From Candidatus Electronema aureum (GTDB lineage: Bacteria; Desulfobacterota; Desulfobulbia; Desulfobulbales; Desulfobulbaceae): a DNA stretch of 32,000 bases. The stretch covers positions 60,001 through 92,000 of the forward strand of contig NQJD01000002.1 in the NCBI GenBank assembly GCA_004284765.1. Reading direction: 5' to 3'. The position numbers and the translations under genes are program-made. This document shows positions 1-7,906 of the stretch, one piece after another (positions within the stretch are counted from its first letter, which is position 1; each line of letters opens with the position of its first letter). The notes under the pieces were generated by a model. The model was not told the origin of the DNA, did no database searches, and worked only from the letters and a program-made list of their open reading frames with translations.

Positions 1-125
1 ATGTCCTTTTGCTCATCAACACCATGCACACCTAGGAGCACCAGTAAGCCCGCGTCAATAGCACCGGTTTGACGGCCTGCCACTGTCACGCTGGCAGAAC
101 TGACCCGCTGTACCACAGCTCGCAT
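1..125 (-). CDS. dtd: D-aminoacyl-tRNA deacylase, N-terminal 41 codons (gene continues beyond the left edge)
   Basis: Not in the ORF track (too short in window). Minus-strand ATG at 123-125 with GGAGG about 7 nt upstream (rc of 133-137). Translation [41 protein letters not shown] matches the conserved Dtd N-terminus (QRV..ASV.V ... GLLVLLGV). Confidence 0.75.
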   Translation of the reverse strand, partial: MRAVVQRVSSASVTVAGRQTGAIDAGLLVLLGVHGVDEQKD

Positions 126-188
126 ATCTTACCCTCCTCAGGTTGGATTTCAATTGTACGTTGAACAGCATAGCCTGATTTTTCCCGG

Positions 189-217
189 TTGGCAAGCAAG
201 GCAGGGTGTAGTATGGT
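189..217 (+). promoter_or_regulatory. Candidate sigma70-type promoter for metY (TTGGCA-N17-TATGGT)
   Basis: TTGGCA at 189-194 and TATGGT at 212-217, about 50 nt upstream of the metY ATG. It lies in a ~40-nt block that recurs upstream of the purH-like gene. Confidence 0.3.
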
Positions 218-267
218 TAGCAGGAGTTTAATTCATCGAGAACCTACCAGCACAAAAGGAAATAACC

Positions 268-1554
268 ATGAATCAGCACCGGTTTGAAACCCTCGCCCTG
301 CACGCTGGACACACGGTGGATCAAGAGACCCTTTCGAGGGCAGTGCCAGTCTATCGGACAAGCTCTTATCTGTTCAAAAACAGCCAGCACGCTGCTGATC
401 TCTTCGGACTCAAGGAGATGGGGAACATCTACACCCGGATCATGAATCCAACCCAAGATGTGCTGGAGAAACGAGTAGCTGCCATTGAAGGTGGGGCAGC
501 AGCCTTGGCATTAGCTTCCGGTACATCAGCAATCTTCTATTCCATCATCAATATCTGTGAAGCAGGTGATGAGGTGGTGGCTGCCAATAATCTGTACGGT
601 GGTACGTTCACCCAATTTGTTGCCATTCTACCTCAATTGGGCATCAAGGTACGCTTGGTTGATCCTAAAGACCCAGCAAACTTTAGCCAAGCAATCACGG
701 AGAACACCAAGGCCATCTTCTGCGAGACCATTGGCAACCCGCGCTTAGAAATGACCGACATCGAGGCGGTGGCAGCAGTTGCTCATCATCACCATCTGCC
801 CTTGATTGTTGATTCTACCTTTACTCCGCCTTGTCTGCTGCGTCCCTTTAACTACGGTGCAGATGTAGTAATTCATTCACTGACAAAATGGATGGGTGGT
901 CATGGCCTTGCTATCGGTGGTATCGTGGTTGATGGCGGAACCTTTGATTGGACTGATCCTAAATTCAGCCTTTATAATCAGCCTGACCCCAGCTATCATG
1001 GCTTACGGTTTGCCCATGACCTCGATGCAATGAATAAGATCGCCTTTGCCCTGCGAATGCGATTAGTTCCTTTACGCAATCTTGGTGCCTGCATTAGCCC
1101 AGACAATTGCGCTTTCTTCCTCCAAGGGATTGAAACGCTTTCTTTGCGCATGGAGCGACATTGCAGCAATGCGCTGGCAACGGCAACGTTTCTGCAAACG
1201 CATCCTCAGGTAGAATGGGTACGCTATCCGGGATTATTGGGCGAGGAGAACAGCGTAGCCCGCACGTATTTGAAGAACGGTTTTGGGGGGATGGTTGCCT
1301 TTGGCATCCGAGGCGGGCGAGAGGCAGGGAGGCGATTCATCGACAGTCTGCGGCTTATCTCTCACCTCGCTAATGTAGGCGATGCGAAATCATTAGCCAT
1401 TCATCCAGCCAGCACCACCCATTCCCAGCTTTCCACCGAGCAGTTAGCTGCTACTGGCCTGAGTGAATCTATGATCCGTTTGTCTGTTGGTATTGAGAAT
1501 ATTAATGATATCCTTGATGATATCGAGCAAGCATTAACAACCGAGGATAAGTAG
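268..1554 (+). CDS. metY: O-acetylhomoserine sulfhydrylase (PLP-dependent Cys/Met metabolism enzyme)
   Basis: 428-aa ORF. FETLALHAGH, GNIYTRIMNPT, VDSTFTPP and the PLP-lysine context HSLTKWMGGHG are typical of MetY/OAH sulfhydrylases. AAGGAAA lies upstream of the ATG. Confidence 0.93.
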   Translation: MNQHRFETLALHAGHTVDQETLSRAVPVYRTSSYLFKNSQHAADLFGLKEMGNIYTRIMNPTQDVLEKRVAAIEGGAAALALASGTSAIFYSIINICEAGDEVVAANNLYGGTFTQFVAILPQLGIKVRLVDPKDPANFSQAITENTKAIFCETIGNPRLEMTDIEAVAAVAHHHHLPLIVDSTFTPPCLLRPFNYGADVVIHSLTKWMGGHGLAIGGIVVDGGTFDWTDPKFSLYNQPDPSYHGLRFAHDLDAMNKIAFALRMRLVPLRNLGACISPDNCAFFLQGIETLSLRMERHCSNALATATFLQTHPQVEWVRYPGLLGEENSVARTYLKNGFGGMVAFGIRGGREAGRRFIDSLRLISHLANVGDAKSLAIHPASTTHSQLSTEQLAATGLSESMIRLSVGIENINDILDDIEQALTTEDK

Positions 1555-1727
1555 GGTCACGGTACGTTGTAACCCTACTTTGTGCAAGCTACCGGTTCAC
1601 CTCATGCTGTCTTCACCTCCAGCAGCCTGCCGCCTTAGCGGCATTGAGACCGCTCTACAGTGAACAAGGCGGCCTGCGGACATGCCGCTTCTGGAAGTCA
1701 GAACGGGATGTTGTTATTAAGCACAAT

Positions 1728-2141
1728 TCAAGCGCATCTACAGAGGCATTCTTTGACGTAATAATCATAGCGCCCGCCGCCGTCTTTAAAGTTAGTATAA
1801 CTTTCCGCAATCAAGCAGCCATTCTCCAAATGGCCTGTTAGCAGGCGTTCTGAAAAACCGGCATCAAAAACAGCGGTGAACGCCACAGCATCCAGAGAAG
1901 AAACACTGCTTGAGTAGCTGTGTCCAGACACGGCCCCCCAGTCACACGGATCTGGATGGCACGCACCGTAGGCATGGACGACAAGCCCTTTTCCGTCCAC
2001 AGCGATCTCGATTTTGACGATCCCTCCAGTTTGCTTGTCGCAGTTAATCCATGTGCCTACAAGCGGTTTGGAAGAGGGTGCCAGTGCTGCTCCGACAGAA
2101 ACTGTAGCTTGATCATGGGCACTTTTGAAATTGTCAGACAT
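1728..2141 (-). CDS. Hypothetical 137-aa protein (Cys/Trp-containing, probably beta-rich)
   Basis: Intact ORF with a strong AAGGAGG 7 nt upstream of the ATG at 2141. I recognise no family. Confidence 0.6.
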   Translation of the reverse strand: MSDNFKSAHDQATVSVGAALAPSSKPLVGTWINCDKQTGGIVKIEIAVDGKGLVVHAYGACHPDPCDWGAVSGHSYSSSVSSLDAVAFTAVFDAGFSERLLTGHLENGCLIAESYTNFKDGGGRYDYYVKECLCRCA

Positions 2142-2244
2142 GTTTCAGCCTCCTTTTTGGTTGAAGAAATAAAATAACGCTTCAGCATATTTACAAAAGG
2201 CTAACAAAGAATCCTTCAAAAGTCAATCATTATATCTTGTATGG

Positions 2245-3321
2245 TTACCCCTCCTTCACCTCCAGCACATCCACCAGCCTGCCGCCGTAGTCATTTCGCA
2301 CCATCTCCCACAGCCCGGCATAGTTGTTCACCCGGATTGCCAAAGAACTCAGGGCCGAGCCGCTGAAGCCGGGCAAGCTGTGTTCGCCGTTCTGCGTCAC
2401 GCTCACCTCTGCGCCTGCCGCGCCGCCCTCCTTCATGTCCAGCAGCGAGAACAGCAGCCGTTCCCCTTGGATATCCGCAACAACTTGGATGCGCAGCCTC
2501 GTGTCCTCAGTTGCCGAGCCGCCGGTCGCGTTGACATAGGCACTGGCTGCGCTGCCGGTGAGAATGCCGGTCTCCGGCGGATGCGGATGGCCGAAATTGC
2601 TCAGAGTCAGCGGCGTGCGCAGCATCCGCTCATAGATGCCGGTGCGCGGCGTGCCGTGCTTGGTGTAGCGGGTGGTGACAGCAATAGTGTACTCGTTGTT
2701 CCACGGATGCGCCTGCGCCGGAATCTCCGGCATGAGCATGATGGCACTGTTGGAGACGAGGTTCAGGCGGGTCTGCACGGCGCGACCGCCCGCCGTGCCT
2801 TCGATCACGCATTCGCCGCCGCCCAGCTCCGGGTCAAAGGCAAGGTCTTCGCCGGTGAGCTGAAGCACGCCGTCCGGGTTGAGCACATCAGGCAGCTTGA
2901 GCAGCGTGTCCTCAGCCGTGTTGATCAGCGGCAGTTTCTTGTCCCGCGACAAGCGTTCGAGCTGGGCCGCATGACGCACTTCGGCGACAAAGGGCGGCGA
3001 GGCATGGACGCGCACTTGCAGGCATTGGTCAACAGGCGGCGGCGCGTCGTCCGCGCTGTTCAGCCGGGCGGTGAAGGAGAGGGAGTAGGTGAAATTGTTC
3101 TCCTCAGTCACCTGCTCGCCGTTGATCAGGCTCTGGCGGACAACCTTGTTGCGCGTGGCGAGGATGGTGCGCAGCTCCTCCGCGCTGTAGTTAGGCAGCT
3201 CGGTGGCCATGCGGGCGGCCAGCTCTTGGGTGTCCACCACATTTCTCGGTAGGAAGACCATCTTGTACGAGCTGGGAGTGGTGAGCGCGTTGACTGCGGG
3301 CTGCCATTGAATCGTTGTCAT
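2245..3321 (-). CDS. HU-like DNA-binding N-terminal domain protein with Ig-like middle region (DUF4469-like by recollection) and a ~90-aa C-terminal domain
   Basis: ORF 2245-3342. I prefer the ATG at 3321 (MTTIQWQP...) because AGGAG lies 9 nt upstream and 3342 is a TTG. The N-terminus (VDTQELAARMATELPNYSAEELRTILATRNKVVRQSLINGEQVTEENNFTYSLSF) has the pattern of HU-fold proteins. GC is about 60-70% in sampled stretches. The C-terminal ~90 aa recur as a fragment at 28977-29250. Confidence 0.7.
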   Translation of the reverse strand: MTTIQWQPAVNALTTPSSYKMVFLPRNVVDTQELAARMATELPNYSAEELRTILATRNKVVRQSLINGEQVTEENNFTYSLSFTARLNSADDAPPPVDQCLQVRVHASPPFVAEVRHAAQLERLSRDKKLPLINTAEDTLLKLPDVLNPDGVLQLTGEDLAFDPELGGGECVIEGTAGGRAVQTRLNLVSNSAIMLMPEIPAQAHPWNNEYTIAVTTRYTKHGTPRTGIYERMLRTPLTLSNFGHPHPPETGILTGSAASAYVNATGGSATEDTRLRIQVVADIQGERLLFSLLDMKEGGAAGAEVSVTQNGEHSLPGFSGSALSSLAIRVNNYAGLWEMVRNDYGGRLVDVLEVKEG

Positions 3322-3424
3322 AGCCTGTCTCCTGATCTTCAAATGATTGAGATGACTGCATGAACCTTATTTCTGCGCAAGATACGGCGAGTTTGTTTCC
3401 CTGTCAACAGTTTTCTCCTGCCGC

Positions 3425-3600
3425 CGCATAATGAATGGCCGGGAAAAAGCACGCTCGTGCTCAGAAAAAACATAGTGTGTGCTCATTGGAAAACCATGCA
3501 CTATGTCGTACCGAAACCATGCTCGTGCTCGGAAAAAACATAGTGCTATGTCGTCCTACGGCATAGTGAATGGTTTTTCAGAAAGCACGAGGGTGGTTTT
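3425..3600. promoter_or_regulatory. Repeat-rich divergent intergenic region (imperfect tandem duplication plus inverted copies of an AGCACGAG/CTCGTGCT core)
   Basis: Palindrome AGCACGCTCGTGCT at 3448-3461. CTCGTGCT-CRG-A6-CATAGTG at 3454-3477 and 3522-3545. CTATGTCGT at 3501-3509 and 3546-3554. GCATARTGAATGG at 3426-3438 and 3561-3573. Inverted core AGCACGAG at 3584-3591. Confidence 0.6.
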
Positions 3601-3640
3601 TTGGGGAGCAGCGGGGAGGGCAGAAAACGACGGGCCGCTT

Positions 3641-3662
3641 TGCTATAATTTTTCTATTGACA
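3641..3662 (+). promoter_or_regulatory. Promoter-like elements upstream of the HExxH gene (extended -10 TGCTATAAT, then TTGACA)
   Basis: TGCTATAAT at 3641-3649 is a perfect extended -10. TTGACA lies at 3657-3662. Both are 100-130 nt upstream of the ATG at 3769. Confidence 0.3.
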
Positions 3663-3768
3663 GGGGAAGATATGTTCCAATAAACTGGTGAGTAGAGAAT
3701 GTTGCAGTTTTTCTATATACCATCATACTTACGCCGCAAGATTTCTTGTTAGGCACACGAGGATCAAA

Positions 3769-4359
3769 ATGGACACCGAGATTATTCGACGATTAAGAGC
3801 AGCTCTCCCGATGGTGCGTGAATGGATCGACCTCTTTGTGCAGGATCATGCGTCGCAGGCTCGCGCAATCAGCTCGTTGGATTTCAAGCGGCTGCCAGCC
3901 TTCTTCCATCAAGAGCTGCTTGAACAGACGAAAGTTGTGACAGTGGAACGTGTGCCCTTCCCGCCTCTCAGCAGATTTGGTCTCCCTGAGTTCGCTGCAT
4001 TTGAGCACTCCGTACTTGAGCAAACATGGGTTGGGGGCGTTACGTTTCAAGACACGATTTTCCTCAAAGTTGGCCAGCCATCCGAATCCGAGAGCCTGCA
4101 CTTTCATGAATTGGTCCATGTTGTGCAATGGAATCAACTCGATGCTGACAACTTCCTCCTAGCATACGCGATCGGACTGGTTCAGTTCGGATACAGAGAG
4201 AGTCCGTTGGAGCAGATGGCCTACTCACTGCAAGCACAGTTCGAGGAGGGATCACTTCAACCAACCCTTGCAACCGCAACCGAGATCGAGAAGCGCACTG
4301 AAGCTATCTGGGGACAAGTTGCACCAATCCTCGCTGCGGCAGCAGCGAGTGACACCTAA
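3769..4359 (+). CDS. HExxH metallopeptidase-like protein (HELVHVVQ motif, reminiscent of DUF4157-type domains)
   Basis: ORF 3688-4359. I prefer the ATG at 3769 (MDTEIIRR...) because GAGGA lies 7 nt upstream. Motif context: GVTFQDTIFL...SLHFHELVHVVQW. Confidence 0.6.
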   Translation: MDTEIIRRLRAALPMVREWIDLFVQDHASQARAISSLDFKRLPAFFHQELLEQTKVVTVERVPFPPLSRFGLPEFAAFEHSVLEQTWVGGVTFQDTIFLKVGQPSESESLHFHELVHVVQWNQLDADNFLLAYAIGLVQFGYRESPLEQMAYSLQAQFEEGSLQPTLATATEIEKRTEAIWGQVAPILAAAAASDT

Positions 4360-4444
4360 CACATTGAGCAGGTTGGGCAAACGGTTTTATCGTTTGCCCA
4401 CACTGAAGCATGACCTGCACATCTCCTGAGCAGAGAGGAGCCTG

Positions 4445-4867
4445 ATGCGTTCGCGTTCACTCCTGATTGAATACACAAGACCGTGGAAACTGCTCACGCT
4501 GCTGGCTGGCGTGTCGTTGATGATTGCTGGCGCGCTGGCTGACCTCGCCCCTGACTGGGATGTTCCCATCAGCCTCATCATGCCGTTCCTCACCTACTTG
4601 ACCGCCCCGTGGAGCATGAGAGTCGTTCTCCAGCGCAAGTGGAGGAAATTCCCTTTGATGCTGTTCTACACTTGGTTTACAGTGGACGGTGTCTATTGGC
4701 TGTATTGGCGTTTCAAGGCTCCTGAGGTTCTGGAGCTGATGCGGTATGACAACTTTATCACCTCGCTGCCCCTGTACGGCATCTGCGGCCTGATCTGGCT
4801 GTATCAGGGCAGTGTCAGCCAGTTCATCGCTGAAGTCAAAGCATTCACATTCAAAATGTCCAACTGA
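4445..4867 (+). CDS. Hypothetical integral membrane protein (140 aa, about 4 hydrophobic helices, Trp/Tyr-rich)
   Basis: Intact ORF with GAGGAG 6 nt upstream of the ATG. Hydrophobic segments include LLTLLAGVSLMIAGAL, ISLIMPFLTYL, FPLMLFYTWFTVDGVYWLYW and LPLYGICGLIWLY. Confidence 0.65.
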   Translation: MRSRSLLIEYTRPWKLLTLLAGVSLMIAGALADLAPDWDVPISLIMPFLTYLTAPWSMRVVLQRKWRKFPLMLFYTWFTVDGVYWLYWRFKAPEVLELMRYDNFITSLPLYGICGLIWLYQGSVSQFIAEVKAFTFKMSN

Positions 4868-4869
4868 GC

Positions 4870-4918
4870 GGCAAGGCAACCATCGCGCCTGGCAAGGCAA
4901 CCATCGCGCCTGGCAAGG
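4870..4918. repeat. 21-bp tandem repeat, 2.3 copies (GGCAAGGCAACCATCGCGCCT)
   Basis: Perfect units at 4870-4890 and 4891-4911, and a partial unit at 4912-4918, starting right after the stop codon of the 140-aa membrane protein. Confidence 0.9.
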
Positions 4919-5082
4919 AGCAGGCGTAATGAGCAGCGCAGCAATGCTACAAGCCAGCCTGCGGCTCTGTCAAATAAAAGACTGACGCTTATTCATCATC
5001 TATTCATCTTTCTTCTGTTATTGTATAAAGGTAATCAGCACGCATCGTGCATGAACACATCAACTAAAACAGGAGGAACATC

Positions 5083-5253
5083 ATGAAGAAAGTTATTATG
5101 GCGTTGACCTGGGGCGCAGTGTTTGCGGCAGCATTGACCGGAACTGGCTGTGTTCGGCACTGGGATGATGATCACGGTGAACGACATGAACGTTATGAAC
5201 ATCATGATGATGACAGACGCGGCGGGCATGAACGCTCCGAGCATCGTAGTTAG
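5083..5253 (+). CDS. Small secreted or lipoprotein-like peptide (56 aa) with a His/Asp/Glu/Arg-rich mature part
   Basis: Not in the ORF track (<60 aa). AGGAGG lies 7 nt upstream of the ATG at 5083. Sequence: MKKVIMALTWGAVFAAALTGTGCVRHWDDDHGERHERYEHHDDDRRGGHERSEHRS. It has a signal peptide ending in a lipobox-like LTGTG|C. The longer ORFs overlapping it on both strands look like shadows. Confidence 0.55.
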   Translation: MKKVIMALTWGAVFAAALTGTGCVRHWDDDHGERHERYEHHDDDRRGGHERSEHRS

Positions 5254-5452
5254 ATATGATGTGATCGCTGCTGCGGGGATGGTCGCGATGCAGATGCGGC
5301 GGATTGAGAGCTGGCAGGGTGCATCCCATTTGTTGCAACTTAGCCAGCATAAGCACCGTGCCTGCCTCTGTCAACAAAGAATAAAGCAAACCCCGGCATC
5401 TGTTTGCAGAAACATGCAAGAAGATGTCAGGGTTCTTTCCTGTTTGCGCAGT

Positions 5453-7252
5453 TCAGCCCTTAATCCGCACGTTGCTCTGCTTGCGCAGCCGAATGACCTT
5501 GGGTGTGATCTCGACTAGCTCGTCGTCGTTAATATAGGCGATGCAGTCTTCCAAGCTCATCTGGCGCGGCGGGGTAAGGATCACTGCCTCATCCGTACCA
5601 GATGCCCGCATGTTGGTCAACTTCTTGCCTTTAGCTGGGTTGACTACCATGTCTTCGCCTCGGCTGTTCTCGCCGATGATTTGACCAACGTACAACGGCT
5701 CGCCCGCACCAATGAAAAAGGTGCCGCGCTCCTGGAGATTGAACAGAGCATAGGCCACGCTGACGCAGTTCTCCTTGACGAGCAGTACGCCGTTCTGGCG
5801 GTTCTGAATCTCGCCAGCGTGCGGTCCCCATTCAGCAAAGACGTAGTTCATCACGCCCATACCACGGGTGTCAGTCATAAACTGGGAACGGTAGCCGAGC
5901 AAGCCACGAGTGGGTACTTTAAAGATCATCCGTGACATACCGTTATGCACTTTCATGTCGCTCATTACACCTTTCAGCCGCCCAAGCTTCTCAATCACCG
6001 CGCCTTGGTATTTCTCATCCACATCTACGGTCAGGGCTTCGTAAGGTTCTAAGGTCTTACCACCCTCCTGACGCATGATGACATGGGGACGGGTGACTTG
6101 AAACTCGTAGCCTTCACGCCGCATCTTTTCTATTAAGATCGACAGATGCAGCTCGCCACGGCCTGAAACCCGGAAGCCAACCCCTTCGGTAAGCGGTTCA
6201 GTATGCAAGGCCACGTCCGCCAAGGTTTCCCGGTTCAGACGTTCCTCAATATGCCGTGAAGTGACAAACTTGCCGTCCTGCCCAGCAAACGGTGAGTCGT
6301 TAGGAATGAAGTGCATCGAGATGGTCGGTGGATCAATCTCAATCAGCGGCAGCGGCTTGGGGTTATCAGGATCAGTGAAGGTCACGCCGACGGTAACATC
6401 ATCCATGCCTGCTATGGCAACGATATCGCCAGTGCCTGCGCTTTCGACTGGTACTTTCTCGCTGCCTGCAAAGGCAAATATCTTACTGATGCGCACCGGC
6501 TTGATCGAACCATCACGACGGGCTACGGCAATATTGTCATTCAGGCGAAGGGTGCCGTTCATCAACCGCCCGATACCCAACCTGCCAAGATAGAGCGAGT
6601 AGTCAATGGTGTTAATTTGGAGCTGAAGCGGAGCCTTGGGATCACCAGAAGGCGGCGGCACATGCTTGATGATCATCTCAGAGATCAGGTCCATGCCTTG
6701 ACCCGGCACGAGCGGCTCTTTGTAATCAGCGACCATGCAGGCTTGCTTGGCAGAACCATAGACCACCGGGAAATCAAGAGTGCTGTCCGGTGCTTCTAAG
6801 CGAACCAAGAGGTCGAACACCTCATCCACGGCCCACTCGCAGCGAGCGGCCTCTTTATCGATCTTATTGATCAGCACAAGAATGGGTAGATTGGCAGCAA
6901 GTGCCTTCTTAACAACAAAGAAAGTCTGCGGCATCGGGCCTTCTTGGGCATCAACGAGCAGCACTACGCCGTCTGCCATGCGCAGGACGCGCTCTACTTG
7001 GCCACCGAAATCCGCATGGCCGGGCGTATCAATGATATTTATTTTGTAATCTTTATAAATGTAAGAGCCGTTCTTCGCGGCGATAGTAATACCGCGCTCC
7101 CGCTCCAGGTCCATCGAATCCATCATCCGCTCGGCGACCTGCTGATTGTCGCGGAACATGCCGCTCTGGTGAAATAGCTTGTCAACAAGGGTGGTTTTGC
7201 CATGGTCAACGTGGGCAATGATGGCCACGTTTCTGATTTTGCTCTGATCCAT
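5453..7252 (-). CDS. typA: Translational GTPase TypA/BipA
   Basis: MDQSKIRNVAIIAHVDHGKTTLVD, DTPGHADFGG and NKID G-motifs; 599 aa from the ATG at 7252. The 71-codon upstream extension in the track ORF is not typA-like. Confidence 0.93.
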   Translation of the reverse strand: MDQSKIRNVAIIAHVDHGKTTLVDKLFHQSGMFRDNQQVAERMMDSMDLERERGITIAAKNGSYIYKDYKINIIDTPGHADFGGQVERVLRMADGVVLLVDAQEGPMPQTFFVVKKALAANLPILVLINKIDKEAARCEWAVDEVFDLLVRLEAPDSTLDFPVVYGSAKQACMVADYKEPLVPGQGMDLISEMIIKHVPPPSGDPKAPLQLQINTIDYSLYLGRLGIGRLMNGTLRLNDNIAVARRDGSIKPVRISKIFAFAGSEKVPVESAGTGDIVAIAGMDDVTVGVTFTDPDNPKPLPLIEIDPPTISMHFIPNDSPFAGQDGKFVTSRHIEERLNRETLADVALHTEPLTEGVGFRVSGRGELHLSILIEKMRREGYEFQVTRPHVIMRQEGGKTLEPYEALTVDVDEKYQGAVIEKLGRLKGVMSDMKVHNGMSRMIFKVPTRGLLGYRSQFMTDTRGMGVMNYVFAEWGPHAGEIQNRQNGVLLVKENCVSVAYALFNLQERGTFFIGAGEPLYVGQIIGENSRGEDMVVNPAKGKKLTNMRASGTDEAVILTPPRQMSLEDCIAYINDDELVEITPKVIRLRKQSNVRIKG

Positions 7253-7416
7253 TACTGCTCTGCAGCTCCTGTGAGAAAATGAAAAGGGGCGCAGCGTTGC
7301 GCCCAGCATTGGTGCAAAAAAGGCAGACTGTACAGCAGAAAGAACAAAAAGACAAGGGGATTGGTGGGAAGCGGCGTTTTGGGGGAATAGCCCCGCAGGT
7401 GGGATAGAACCCCGCT

Positions 7417-7860
7417 TCAGGGATAAAACGTGTTGTCGAGGATTTGTTCTAACGTGTAAGGACAACTGTCTGGCAATATTGATTCATCCACACCGATTTG
7501 CCTGACGATGCTGTCAACTGCATAGCTGTAGGCCCGTTCAGCGCAGGCAGCCAGATGCGCTTGCAGACTGGGGCTGTCACTTAAACACTCTGCAATTCTT
7601 CTGCGTTGTTCTCGCACAGTGAGTTTCCAGCCGCGTTCATTCTGTGCCAGTAATACATTGAGATAATTCAGCTTGAGCAGATGCGCTATCAATACCTCCA
7701 ACCTGCTTTGCAATTCTCTTTTTTCCCGTGCGCCCATGCTCTCAATTTCATCCGCCAAATGTTCAAAATCAAGCTCATCAGCGCATCGTTCACGGAGAAG
7801 TCGGGCATTGCGCATGGCCCAAGCGTAACTGTCTATTTCGTAGAGGCTTGTGCTGCTCAT
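7417..7860 (-). CDS. DUF29 family protein
   Basis: From the ATG at 7860: MSSTSLYEIDSYAWAMRNARLLRER...LDFEHLADEIESMGAREKRELQSRLEVLIAHLLK...SPSLQ...CPYTLEQILD. This follows the DUF29 consensus layout as I recall it. Confidence 0.7.
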   Translation of the reverse strand: MSSTSLYEIDSYAWAMRNARLLRERCADELDFEHLADEIESMGAREKRELQSRLEVLIAHLLKLNYLNVLLAQNERGWKLTVREQRRRIAECLSDSPSLQAHLAACAERAYSYAVDSIVRQIGVDESILPDSCPYTLEQILDNTFYP

Positions 7861-7906
7861 GGGATTCTCTTTGATCACTTTCCGGCGAAGTGGCAGTTTA
7901 GCTGGG

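Noticed and set aside
185-205. Reading TGGCAAG-N-GGCAG (here and at rc 17508-17526) as a sigma54 -24/-12 promoter
   Set aside because: The GG-to-GC spacing is one base off the TGGCAC-N5-TTGC consensus, and the -12 TTGC element is absent.
126-267. SAM or other riboswitch upstream of metY
   Set aside because: There are only 142 nt between the divergent dtd and metY starts, and a promoter-like element lies ~50 nt from the ATG. I see no S-box-like conserved helices.
2380-3252. 290-aa plus-strand ORF, plus several 60-70-aa ORFs, antisense to the 2245-3321 gene
   Set aside because: These are Arg/Ala/Gly-rich shadow ORFs of the kind expected opposite a 60-70% GC gene. They have no RBS, and the minus-strand gene has a coherent domain layout and a paralogue fragment elsewhere.
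4457-4900. 147-aa minus-strand ORF opposite the 140-aa membrane protein gene
   Set aside because: The plus-strand ORF has a GAGGAG RBS and clear transmembrane periodicity. The antisense ORF has neither.
7253-7465. 71-codon N-terminal extension of typA in the track ORF, and similar extensions for dgkA, zwf, trmFO and the DUF2301-like and DUF29 genes
   Set aside because: The conserved protein N-termini begin at internal ATGs (for example MDQSKIRNVAIIAHVDHGKT). The extensions are not family-like, and some would overlap the neighbouring genes.
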